Shown here piece after piece: positions 13,916-22,300 of a DNA stretch of 38,839 nucleotides; position 1 is the first letter of the stretch, and each line of letters starts with the position of its first letter. Source of the DNA: a virus. The position numbers and the translations under genes were made by a program. The DNA is taken from positions 1 to 38,839 of IMG/VR virus record IMGVR_UViG_3300028840_001067, one strand, 5' to 3'. The notes below the pieces were generated by a model that did not search any database, was not told the DNA's origin, and was given only the letters and a program-made list of their open reading frames with translations.

Positions 13916-14076
13916 AACTATTAAAAATATTACCTTATTATTTACTATGCAATGTGTATACGGTCCATATAACATCTACAGGGGATGAAGCCTATCACCC
14001 CATACTTAGTCTAAAAGCTTTATATACCGCATCTAAGGCGGGTGACGTTTTTTTAGTAGATGGTTTTCGTATATGA
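13912..14076 (+). CDS. Small hypothetical protein, 54 aa (below cutoff)
   Basis: Own translation: MKLLKILPYYLLCNVYTVHITSTGDEAYHPILSLKALYTASKAGDVFLVDGFRI. There are ATGA overlaps at both ends. Confidence 0.45.
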   Translation: MKLLKILPYYLLCNVYTVHITSTGDEAYHPILSLKALYTASKAGDVFLVDGFRI

Positions 14077-14444
14077 AACTACTCCTAGCTATTACCCTAT
14101 CTCTCTTAATCCTAACAGGGTGTTCTGCGTTAGCTCCTCTAGCTACATCAGCTATCACTGGTAGCGTTGCAAAGAAAGAGCCTCTCGTAGGAATAGATAC
14201 GGAAGTAGTTGCAGGGGATAAGACTCAAGGTGTAGATACGGGTACAGATACTAAGCTAGATGATGTGACATTGAGTGGTAATGCTCAGGTTCATACGAAC
14301 ACAACAGGCAAGGCCATTAACGCCACGGGAACAGACCATTTGGTCCTTAACGAAGGTGTACCCTTCTGGCAAGCTGGTGCGTTAGCTTTGTTATGTATCA
14401 TGGTAGGTTTATTCATGCCTCAGTTAGTGATTAGAAGGAAATGA
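14073..14444 (+). CDS. Lipoprotein with C-terminal transmembrane anchor; unimolecular-spanin (u-spanin) candidate
   Basis: 123 aa. Signal plus lipobox MKLLLAITLSLLILTG|C. T/G/V-rich middle region. C-terminal TM FWQAGALALLCIMVGLFMPQLVI followed by RRK. Confidence 0.7.
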   Translation: MKLLLAITLSLLILTGCSALAPLATSAITGSVAKKEPLVGIDTEVVAGDKTQGVDTGTDTKLDDVTLSGNAQVHTNTTGKAINATGTDHLVLNEGVPFWQAGALALLCIMVGLFMPQLVIRRK

Positions 14445-14445
14445 T

Positions 14446-15930
14446 ATGCCTAAGCTTAAAGTGAATAAGAAGCTTGAGAAGTTTCTCACTACACATAAAC
14501 AGATTAAAGTAGCTATCGGTGGGAGGGGCTCAGGTAAGTCTATCGGCTTTGGTGACATGCTCACTGTCAAGATGGACGCAGAGAAGGCGGACGTCTATTG
14601 TCTTCGTGAATTCCAAGACTCTATAGCAGACTCCGTACACAGGGTGTTTGAGGACAGTATTAAGGAACGTCTACAGCTTGAAGGCTGGACAGTACAGAGG
14701 GACGCTATCATAGCTCCTAATGGTGCTAGGACAGTGTACAAAGGTGCTGCACGTAACCCCAACAGTATACAGTCTGCACAAGGCTTTAAGTACTCTTGGT
14801 TTGAAGAAGCACACACAATCTCACAAGAGACACTAGATAAACTCCTCCCCACTATCCTACGTAATGTAGGCGCTGAGTGTTGGTTTAGTGCCAACCCACA
14901 GAGTCAAGCTGACCCATTTAGTAAACGTTTCATCAACCCTTATAAGAAGTGGTTGGATAGGGACGGGTATTACGAAGATGACATGCACCTCATTGTGGTG
15001 ATTAACTGGCGTGATAACCCTTGGTGGAACGATGCAGCTAATGCGTTACGTCTTCAGGATAAGAGGACACTTACACGTGCTAAGTATGACTGGATTTGGG
15101 AAGGGTATTTCAATGATGAAGTGGAGAACTCAATCATCAAGGCTGAGTGGTTCGATGCTGCTGTCAATGCCCATAAGATAGAGCGGTATAAAGATTTCTT
15201 TAAACCTCGTGGTGTTGTCATAGCTGCACATGACCCCAGCGACTCAGGTAACGATGATGCGGGTTTCGCCATTAGACAGGGGAGTGTTATCACTCAAGTA
15301 CGTGCTAAGGACTCAGGAGAGATAGACACTAAAGCTGAGTGGGCTATGAACCTCGCTATTGATGATAGAGCAGATTGGTTTGTTTGGGACGGTGATGGCA
15401 TGGGTACAGGTCTGAAGAGACAAGTACATGACCATCTAGCCGGAAAGCGTATTGACTATCACATGTTCAAGGGAAGCCTGTCTGGTAGTGGTCAGGATAA
15501 TGCAGATAAGATTTACGATAAGGTAGATAAGCAAGCAGGGCAAAAGCAATACAGCTACAAGGATACGTTTAAGAACAACCGTGCTCAGTATTACACTGAA
15601 CTAGCTAGACGTTTTTATAACACATACAGGCTAGTAGAGCATGGTGTTTATTGTGACGTTGAGGACTGCATCAGTATCGATAGTGACGGTGTAGATAGTC
15701 TCCCGTCTCTACGTAGTGAGCTCTGCCGTATACCGTCTAAGCATGGGAACGGTGGTCTCATCCAGATTATGAACAAGCAGGAAATGAAGAAGGAGGGTAT
15801 CAGCTCTCCTAACTTGGCTGATAGTGTTATGTACACTATGTGGAATCCACCAGCTAAAAGAAAGAACAATGCCCTAGGATTTATTCATCATCAGACACAG
15901 GCTAGTGATTATGACCCATTCGGATATTAA
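14446..15930 (+). CDS. terL: Terminase large subunit
   Basis: 494 aa. Walker A is AIGGRGSGKSIG, with acidic nuclease-domain motifs in the C-terminal half (AAHDPSDSGNDDAG). Size and position fit. Confidence 0.9.
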   Translation: MPKLKVNKKLEKFLTTHKQIKVAIGGRGSGKSIGFGDMLTVKMDAEKADVYCLREFQDSIADSVHRVFEDSIKERLQLEGWTVQRDAIIAPNGARTVYKGAARNPNSIQSAQGFKYSWFEEAHTISQETLDKLLPTILRNVGAECWFSANPQSQADPFSKRFINPYKKWLDRDGYYEDDMHLIVVINWRDNPWWNDAANALRLQDKRTLTRAKYDWIWEGYFNDEVENSIIKAEWFDAAVNAHKIERYKDFFKPRGVVIAAHDPSDSGNDDAGFAIRQGSVITQVRAKDSGEIDTKAEWAMNLAIDDRADWFVWDGDGMGTGLKRQVHDHLAGKRIDYHMFKGSLSGSGQDNADKIYDKVDKQAGQKQYSYKDTFKNNRAQYYTELARRFYNTYRLVEHGVYCDVEDCISIDSDGVDSLPSLRSELCRIPSKHGNGGLIQIMNKQEMKKEGISSPNLADSVMYTMWNPPAKRKNNALGFIHHQTQASDYDPFGY

Positions 15931-16381
15931 GGTAAGAGCAGCAGTGATGACAGACGTAGGCGCTATGTGTGTTCACTTAATGAACATGCATAAAACTACA
16001 TCATACAGCAGCACTAACATAGACGTACATAAGATGTCACAGAGCTTAATGAGCTTCATTGAGTTAGAAGGTGTGTGCGTCTTTGTTCTAGAGGTTAACG
16101 AAGACGTAGAAGGCTTTTTCATTGGTGTAGCTACTGAACAGTGGTGGGGGCATACACTACAGGCGTCAGACCTACTACTGTACATTGCACCAGCATTCCG
16201 TAATAATGGAAGCGCCCCCGCTTTGATTGATGCTTATAAAATATGGGCGCTAGCTATGGGGGTACAGAAAGACCAGATAAGACTTGGCATTACTACAGAT
16301 GTTAATGTTGAGAAGACGAGTAAGCTATATAACAACCTAGGGTTTGTTGATGGCGGTAAATTATTTAAGTTTGAGGGTTAA
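15911..16381 (+). CDS. GNAT-family N-acetyltransferase
   Basis: About 156 aa. The first strand IKVRAAVMTD, the acetyl-CoA motif A-like FRNNGSAPALI (R-x-x-G-x-A) and a C-terminal LYNNLGF are typical of GNATs. It overlaps the terL end by 20 nt. Confidence 0.7.
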   Translation: MTHSDIKVRAAVMTDVGAMCVHLMNMHKTTSYSSTNIDVHKMSQSLMSFIELEGVCVFVLEVNEDVEGFFIGVATEQWWGHTLQASDLLLYIAPAFRNNGSAPALIDAYKIWALAMGVQKDQIRLGITTDVNVEKTSKLYNNLGFVDGGKLFKFEG

Positions 16382-16384
16382 ATT

Positions 16385-16696
16385 ATGTGTGGTGGCGGCG
16401 GTATCGGTAAACTAGTGAAGAAAGTAGTAAAAGCACCTAGCCGGTTAGCAGGTAAGTTATTAGAAGGTGTTCTCGGGGGGCAGGTAGGCGGCAGTGTTAC
16501 TCCTCAAGCTCCTACACTACAACAGCAGCAAGCTACGGCTGAGCAGACAGTGAAAGATGCGGAAGGTAAAGCAAAAGCTTTAGCTCAAGAGGAAGACTTG
16601 AAGCGTAGAAAAGCCATTGCTAAAGGGGGACGTCAATCTACTATCTTGGCTGGAAGACAGGCAACCTCAGATAAGAAAACTACATTAGGTGGTTAA
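16385..16696 (+). CDS. Hypothetical (possibly virion-associated) G/A/Q/K-rich protein
   Basis: 103 aa. GAGGG lies 7 nt upstream. It sits immediately upstream of the portal gene. Confidence 0.6.
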   Translation: MCGGGGIGKLVKKVVKAPSRLAGKLLEGVLGGQVGGSVTPQAPTLQQQQATAEQTVKDAEGKAKALAQEEDLKRRKAIAKGGRQSTILAGRQATSDKKTTLGG

Positions 16697-16698
16697 TC

Positions 16699-18306
16699 AT
16701 GGCTGTATCAAAAGCAGAGAAACTAGTAAACCGTTATAACAAACTTAAAGCTGACCGTGGTAATTGGGACCGCCATTGGCGTGAAGTGGCTGAGCTTGTT
16801 TACCCTAGGCGCGATGACTTTGATGTCAAACGTGCAGACGGTGAAAAGAGAATGACTAAGGTGTTTGATAGTAGTGCTGTTCATGCAAATGAATTACTAG
16901 CCTCTGCTATGATAGCCTTGAATGTTAACCCCGCTACTACGTGGTTTAAGAGTAAGACTACTGGTATGGACGAGGAGGCGGCACGCTGGTTAGATAACGC
17001 GTCTAAGGTGATGCTAGAAGAAATCAACTCTGCTGACTCAGGTTTTTACACAGCGGCCTATGAGTACTTCATGGAATTCTGCGCTTTCGGTACTGCTGCT
17101 ATGTACGCAGAGGAGCCAGAGAGTTTAAATGGCGTTAGATTCCAAGCGCGTTCCCTCAGTGAGATAGTTGTAGCTGAAGGTGCTAAGGGTGTGATAGACA
17201 CTGTATTCCGTAAGTTTGAATATAGTGTTAATCAGATTATGGAGCGTTGGCCTAACAACACCAGCGAGGTGATACATAAGCATTTTGAGAAGGGCGAGGT
17301 GGATGCTAAATTCCCTATCGTTCATTGTATTAAGCCGCGTGAGGCGCGTGACCCTTCTAAGAAGAATACAGCTAACCTGCCTATAGAAAGTATTTATATT
17401 CTCAAAGAGGATAACTCAGTACTAGAGGAAGGTGGTTTTCATGAGAACCCCATCCCTGTAGGACGTTTTTATAAATCTCCTATGGAGACCTACGGGCGCT
17501 CTCCTGCTATGACGGCCCTGCCTGATATAAAACTCCTTAATGAAATTATGAAGGTGACTATTAAGGCGGCGCAAAAGAGTGTGGACCCTGCATTGTTAAT
17601 TCCATCAGAGAGCTTTGTACAGCCTCTCAGAACACAGCCATCAGGTATTAATGTATTTGATAGCTCTAATGGCTTAACAGCGCAGCAGGCTATAGGACAG
17701 CTACCTAGCTCTAACCCTAATATAGGGTTAGACATGGTGCAGTATCTCACAGATAAAGTACGTAGTATGTTCTTCGTTGACCAGCTACAGTTATCAGGTA
17801 GCCCGCAGATGACAGCTACGGAAGTTTTACAGCGGACAGAAGAGAAGACACGCCTTATGGCGCCTATCCTTGGTAGGGTGCAGACTGAATTCTTATACCC
17901 TATACTTGATAGAGTGTTTGGTATATTGTTCAGACAGGGCAAGTTCGGTACTCCGCCTCAAAGTTTACCAGCTTCTTTTGAGTTTGAATTCACTGGTGCA
18001 GTGGCTCAATCACAGAAGCAAGCAGAGGCAGGTGGTTTCTTACGAAGCGTAGAAACAATGTCACCACTACTACAGTTAAATCCTAATCTTCTTCTAGATA
18101 ACTTAAATGCCGATAAGTTACTTCGTGAGACGTTACAGACGTTTGGTGTCGGTATGGACAAGTTAAGCGATGAGGGTGAGAGGGATGCAGCTAGACAGCA
18201 GCAAGCTGAACAGCAGCAAGCGCAGGAGCAAATGCTGATGGCTGAGCAGGCTGTAAACATGGACAAGACTAACTCCGAAGCAGAGAGGAATAGAAATGCA
18301 AGCTAA
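16699..18306 (+). CDS. Portal (T7 gp8-like head-to-tail connector)
   Basis: 535 aa. The N-terminus ...LVNRYNKLKADRGNWDRHWREVAELVYPRRDDF is characteristic of podoviral head-tail connector proteins. Q/E-rich C-terminus. Position follows terL. Confidence 0.8.
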   Translation: MAVSKAEKLVNRYNKLKADRGNWDRHWREVAELVYPRRDDFDVKRADGEKRMTKVFDSSAVHANELLASAMIALNVNPATTWFKSKTTGMDEEAARWLDNASKVMLEEINSADSGFYTAAYEYFMEFCAFGTAAMYAEEPESLNGVRFQARSLSEIVVAEGAKGVIDTVFRKFEYSVNQIMERWPNNTSEVIHKHFEKGEVDAKFPIVHCIKPREARDPSKKNTANLPIESIYILKEDNSVLEEGGFHENPIPVGRFYKSPMETYGRSPAMTALPDIKLLNEIMKVTIKAAQKSVDPALLIPSESFVQPLRTQPSGINVFDSSNGLTAQQAIGQLPSSNPNIGLDMVQYLTDKVRSMFFVDQLQLSGSPQMTATEVLQRTEEKTRLMAPILGRVQTEFLYPILDRVFGILFRQGKFGTPPQSLPASFEFEFTGAVAQSQKQAEAGGFLRSVETMSPLLQLNPNLLLDNLNADKLLRETLQTFGVGMDKLSDEGERDAARQQQAEQQQAQEQMLMAEQAVNMDKTNSEAERNRNAS

Positions 18307-18511
18307 ATTAAAAGTGCAGTTACAGTGTGGTGAGTGTAATGGACAGATGCACTACCATGACAATGATAAGTATGTCCGTTGCAACACTATCAAATGTAAA
18401 GAGCGTCACATTAACTACTTAGCCCCTACAATTGAATTATCAAAGGAAAAGCTAAATGAGGCAGAAAAACCAGCTAAGCCAGCAAGAGCTAACAAAGCAA
18501 CTAAAGCGTGA
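18296..18511 (+). CDS. Small zinc-ribbon protein
   Basis: 71 aa with CGECNG...CNTIKC. GAGGA lies 6 nt upstream. Confidence 0.55.
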   Translation: MQAKLKVQLQCGECNGQMHYHDNDKYVRCNTIKCKERHINYLAPTIELSKEKLNEAEKPAKPARANKATKA

Positions 18512-18725
18512 TTATCAGCAAGTATTCAATACCCATGTAGGTAGAAGAGTACTTGAAGATATCATGAGTTACTGTCACCTATTAGAGCCTCTAGTAGGCT
18601 CCATAGACACAAATAGTATCATCATTAGAGAAGCACGAAGAGATGTAGCTATCACGATACTACAGAAGTTAAATTGGAACGAAAGAGATTTTCTAAACAC
18701 CGTAGAAGGAGACGATAATGTTTAA
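18456..18725 (+). CDS. Hypothetical head-module protein
   Basis: 89 aa. YQQVFNTHVGRRVLEDIMSYCH resembles a small conserved podovirus head-module family (recalled, unverified). The start is uncertain, given a 56-nt overlap with the upstream ORF. Confidence 0.5.
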   Translation: MRQKNQLSQQELTKQLKRDYQQVFNTHVGRRVLEDIMSYCHLLEPLVGSIDTNSIIIREARRDVAITILQKLNWNERDFLNTVEGDDNV

Positions 18726-19542
18726 ATTAAATCACAAGCTAATGGAAGAAGAGTTAGGTGCAGAAGGTACAGTAATTTCAGGCGGTGAAGCATCTGGTTC
18801 GTGGTATGACTCCTTTGCTGAAGATATACGTTCTAACCAGAATGTTACTAAGTTTAGCAGTGCTGAAGAGTTGGCTAAGAGTTATATCAACGCCCAGAGC
18901 CTGATAGGTCGTGATAAGATCCCAATGCCTGTTACAGATGAGGACTGGTCAAATACCTACGCTCGTCTAGGACGCCCCGAAGATGCAGCGGGGTATGAAT
19001 TCAACGTCCCTGAAGGCGTTCAGGTTAACGAGGAACGTCAAGGTGCATTCCGTGAATTGGCGTATCAGATTGGCCTATCGCAGAAACAAGCCGAAGCTTT
19101 AATGAACTTTGACTTTGAGTCACAGAACGCTGCTCTAGATGCTTACACTACTAGCCAACATCAAGCCACGGAAGAGGCTATTGGTTCATTACAGAAGGAA
19201 TGGGGTAATGCCTTTGAACAGAATGTCACTATCGCTAACCGTGCTTTATCTGAGTTTGCCTCTGAGTCTGATATAGAGTTTCTACAAGAAGCTGAAATTA
19301 ACGGGGTTAAGTTAGGCGACCACCCAGTACTCATTAAACTATTTAACAACGTAGGTAAAGGTATGATGGAGAGCGGTAAGCTAGAGGGTAAAGGCTCTGA
19401 CTTAGTGATGACACCTGATGAAGTGCAAGCTAAACAAGCACAGCTTATGGCGCACCCAGCTTACACTGACCGTAATCACCCAGAGCATAAAGTGATTAAT
19501 GGAGAAGTACAGAAACTGTTTAAACTTCAGTATCCTGACTAA
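18718..19542 (+). CDS. Scaffolding protein
   Basis: 274 aa, acidic and helical, between portal and capsid as in T7 gp9. GGAG lies upstream. Confidence 0.65.
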   Translation: MFKLNHKLMEEELGAEGTVISGGEASGSWYDSFAEDIRSNQNVTKFSSAEELAKSYINAQSLIGRDKIPMPVTDEDWSNTYARLGRPEDAAGYEFNVPEGVQVNEERQGAFRELAYQIGLSQKQAEALMNFDFESQNAALDAYTTSQHQATEEAIGSLQKEWGNAFEQNVTIANRALSEFASESDIEFLQEAEINGVKLGDHPVLIKLFNNVGKGMMESGKLEGKGSDLVMTPDEVQAKQAQLMAHPAYTDRNHPEHKVINGEVQKLFKLQYPD

Positions 19543-19558
19543 TCAGGATAGGAAGAGA

Positions 19559-19583
19559 AGAGCCCCTTAAGTGGGGCTTTTTA
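19559..19583 (+). terminator. Rho-independent terminator after the scaffold gene
   Basis: AGCCCC-ttaagt-GGGGCT followed by TTTTT. Confidence 0.75.
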
Positions 19584-19630
19584 CTGCATGCTGTACACGA
19601 GAATGTACAGGCTGATTTAAAGTTAATTTC

Positions 19631-19659
19631 TTGACAAGGTTCCTAAACAGAACTACATT
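19631..19659 (+). promoter_or_regulatory. Sigma70-like promoter reading into hairpin array 2
   Basis: TTGACA (19631-36), 17-nt spacer, TACATT (19654-59). Confidence 0.4.
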
Positions 19660-19669
19660 TTAAATAACA

Positions 19670-19987
19670 CTCTATAGAGGAACACACTAAGGGGGTGTGT
19701 GTTCCGATAGATATCCCTAGCAAGGGATATAGTAGTAGATATCCTCAGAAGAGGATATAAGTAATGTTCTCTCCCCAAAAGAGAACATAGTAAGTACAGT
19801 ATAGAATCTCTTTTTAAGAGAGATTCATATAGTAGTAGATACTCTCTTACCTTATCATCGAGAGTATCTTATATAATAAATTCTTTAGGGAAAGAATTTA
19901 TATAGTATAAGTAATATAGAAGTTCTCCTGATAAGAACTTCTATATAGTAGCTGTTCTCTAACCCTACCCGAGAACAGCATATAGTA
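19670..19987 (+). repeat. Hairpin array 2: nine stem-loops with ATAGTA-type linkers; five modules shared with array 1
   Basis: Inverted repeats at 19679-705, 19711-30, 19739-58, 19764-88, 19804-26, 19837-69, 19876-901, 19918-42 and 19951-79. 19826-19911 is identical to 12559-12644 (86 bp). Confidence 0.9.
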
Positions 19988-20023
19988 TACACGTATAAGA
20001 ATTGACATAGAATTGACGTACTC

Positions 20024-20052
20024 TTGACAGTACGTTAACACACGTGTAGTTT
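20024..20052 (+). promoter_or_regulatory. Sigma70-like promoter for the capsid operon (downstream of array 2)
   Basis: TTGACA (20024-29), 17-nt spacer, TAGTTT (20047-52). The -35 sits in the loop of hairpin 20016-20035. Confidence 0.35.
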
Positions 20053-20291
20053 CCTACCTTAGATGCTCAAGAAAAGTTTAACTTATAAAAAATATTTGAA
20101 TTATGATTACACTGCTGCTACTATTAATCATGACGTGCATATGTGTTGATATGCTCGTTTAAAACATATCAGATAACTCCTCAGGAGCCTGAACCTAACT
20201 TGACTGATAATCTAGTGTAGGGAACGGTTACCCGATAACCCCGAAGCTGGAACAAAGATAAACTACTTTTGTTTAACTAAGGGGACATTAA

Positions 20292-21158
20292 ATGTCTAAT
20301 CAAATTACTACTGCATTTGTTAATCAGTTTGGTGCAAACATCGACCTACTGTCACAGCAAATGGATTCTCGTTTCATGGGTAAAGTTCGTATGGAAAGCC
20401 AAAATAGTGAGTTTGGTTTCTACGAGCAAATAGGCCCTACTGCCGCTGTAGAGCGTACCTCACGTCACTCTGATACACCACGTGTTGACACTCCACACGC
20501 ACGCCGTGCTGTCACTCTTCGTACATTCGAATGGTCTGATTTAATCGACCACGCTGATAAAGTGAAGATGTTGATTGACCCAACTTCAAGCTATGCTAAA
20601 TCCGCCATGATGGCGATGAACCGTAGTCGCGATGATATCATCATAGAAGCTGCTCTTGGTTCTGCTAAGACTGGTAAGAATGGTGACACTCTTGTAGCTC
20701 TTCCTGCTTCTCAGAAGATTGCAGCAGCTGCGGGGGGTCTAACTTTAGATAAGCTACGCGAAGCAGCAGAAATACTAAACGCTAATGACGTTGATGAAAG
20801 TATCAACCGTTACATGGCTGTTACTTCTAAACAGTTAACTGACCTATTGAACATCACTCAGGTTACTGACGCTGACTTTAACACTGTTAAAGCTTTGGTA
20901 GAGGGTAAGGTCGACACATTCATGGGCTTTAAGTTCCTACGCTGTGAGCGTCTAACTACAGATGGTTCTGGTGACCGCCAAGTTATTGCATGGGCTGAAG
21001 ATGGTCTGTTGCTAGCTCAAGGTAACAACATGAACAAAACTCGTATCACTGAGCGTGATGACAAGTCTTACTCTGTGCAAGTGTTCCGTTCTGAAATGTT
21101 CGGTGCTACTCGTATGGAAGAAGAAAAAGTTGTTGAAATCGCTTGTGTTGAGTCTTAA
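20292..21158 (+). CDS. Major capsid protein
   Basis: 288 aa. AAGGGGA SD, a long structured leader, position after the scaffold gene, and a terminator two genes downstream. Confidence 0.75.
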   Translation: MSNQITTAFVNQFGANIDLLSQQMDSRFMGKVRMESQNSEFGFYEQIGPTAAVERTSRHSDTPRVDTPHARRAVTLRTFEWSDLIDHADKVKMLIDPTSSYAKSAMMAMNRSRDDIIIEAALGSAKTGKNGDTLVALPASQKIAAAAGGLTLDKLREAAEILNANDVDESINRYMAVTSKQLTDLLNITQVTDADFNTVKALVEGKVDTFMGFKFLRCERLTTDGSGDRQVIAWAEDGLLLAQGNNMNKTRITERDDKSYSVQVFRSEMFGATRMEEEKVVEIACVES

Positions 21159-21174
21159 TAGAGAGGAATAACGA

Positions 21175-21678
21175 ATGCCAGTTGTAAACCTAAAAGGCTC
21201 AAAAGCTATTACCAACCTAGATGCCGACCCAGTAGTGCAGCCAGAAGCAGGTGTTGCTGGTGGTGCTTTACGTGTGTGGGTAGAAACTGTAGAAGTTGGC
21301 GCGACTGACTCTGCTACATCTACTTACTTGATGGCGCGTCTACCCTCTAACGCTGTTATCTTGGGGGCTTCTAAACTTTATGGTGATGACCTAGCTTCGG
21401 CTGGTGCACCTACCTTAGATATTGGTATCTTCAACTTAGACGGTAAGTCTATCATCACTGATGATGACGACGCTCTAAACGATGGTATCGACGCAGCAAG
21501 TGCTATAGACGCTTATGTCGTTAAAGACAAAGCTAACTATGGTAAGAAGTTGTGGGAACATATCAACGGGCAAACTGAAGACCCTAAAGGTGAGTACGAT
21601 ATTAAAATCACCCTTAAGGATGCTGACGTAAACGTTGGTGGCACTCTAACTCTAGAGTTGTTCTACGCGCTAGACTAA
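21175..21678 (+). CDS. Hypothetical structural protein co-expressed with the capsid (decoration or minor capsid candidate)
   Basis: 167 aa. GAGAGGA SD. It lies between the capsid gene and a strong terminator. Confidence 0.65.
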   Translation: MPVVNLKGSKAITNLDADPVVQPEAGVAGGALRVWVETVEVGATDSATSTYLMARLPSNAVILGASKLYGDDLASAGAPTLDIGIFNLDGKSIITDDDDALNDGIDAASAIDAYVVKDKANYGKKLWEHINGQTEDPKGEYDIKITLKDADVNVGGTLTLELFYALD

Positions 21679-21696
21679 ACTGGCCGTAAAGCTAAT

Positions 21697-21719
21697 GGGG
21701 GCCTAGCGTCCCCTTTTTT
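21697..21719 (+). terminator. Rho-independent terminator after the capsid pair
   Basis: GGGGGC-ctagc-GTCCCC (one G.U pair) followed by TTTTTT. Confidence 0.75.
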
Positions 21720-21735
21720 CTAGGAGCACACCTAT

Positions 21736-22299
21736 ATGGCCTCAGAAGTAGATATATGTAACCTAGCTTTAAATAAGATAGGCCAAAATACAATCATCTC
21801 CTTAACAGAAGATTCTAAAGCTGCCCGTATATGTAACCTATTCTATGCAGACACTCGTGATAGTCTTCTAAGACAGCACCCATGGAATTTCGCAGTTAAA
21901 CGAGTGGAGCTGGCTAAACTCACTACAACACCTGTATTTGGTTTTGATAACGAATTCCAACTGCCCTCTGACTGTCTACGTGTCATGTACACAAACCTGA
22001 AGTTCCCGCAAGATAAATTCAGAATAGAAGGTAAGAAACTTTTAGCTGACTCCGATTCTATTAAGATTGAGTATATAAGCCGTGTTGAGGATACTACTCA
22101 GTTTGATGCATTGTTTGTTGATGCTTTGTGGATGTCTATAGCCTCTCGAATTGCATATAACATATCAGACAATAACACCCTAGTTAGTTTCTTAGATAAT
22201 AAAGTAAAAGAAGTGATAAGACATGCCAAGAGTATTGATGGCCAAGAGGGTATACCCTACCCAATAGACGCTGACGACTGGTTGAACTCGAGGTTATAA
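21736..22299 (+). CDS. Head-tail adaptor / tail tubular protein A (T7 gp11 position)
   Basis: 187 aa (T7 gp11 is 196 aa). The N-terminus ...VDICNLALNKIGQNTI is common in podoviral adaptor proteins. Gene order supports the call. Confidence 0.5.
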   Translation: MASEVDICNLALNKIGQNTIISLTEDSKAARICNLFYADTRDSLLRQHPWNFAVKRVELAKLTTTPVFGFDNEFQLPSDCLRVMYTNLKFPQDKFRIEGKKLLADSDSIKIEYISRVEDTTQFDALFVDALWMSIASRIAYNISDNNTLVSFLDNKVKEVIRHAKSIDGQEGIPYPIDADDWLNSRL

Positions 22300-22300
22300 G

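Noticed and set aside
19531-19550. Hairpin TATCCTGA-ctaa-TCAGGATA spanning the scaffold stop codon, as a separate regulatory element
   Set aside because: It lies immediately upstream of the clear GC-rich terminator at 19559-19583 and lacks its own U-tract. It is probably an accessory part of the terminator region, and the evidence is insufficient to call it independently.
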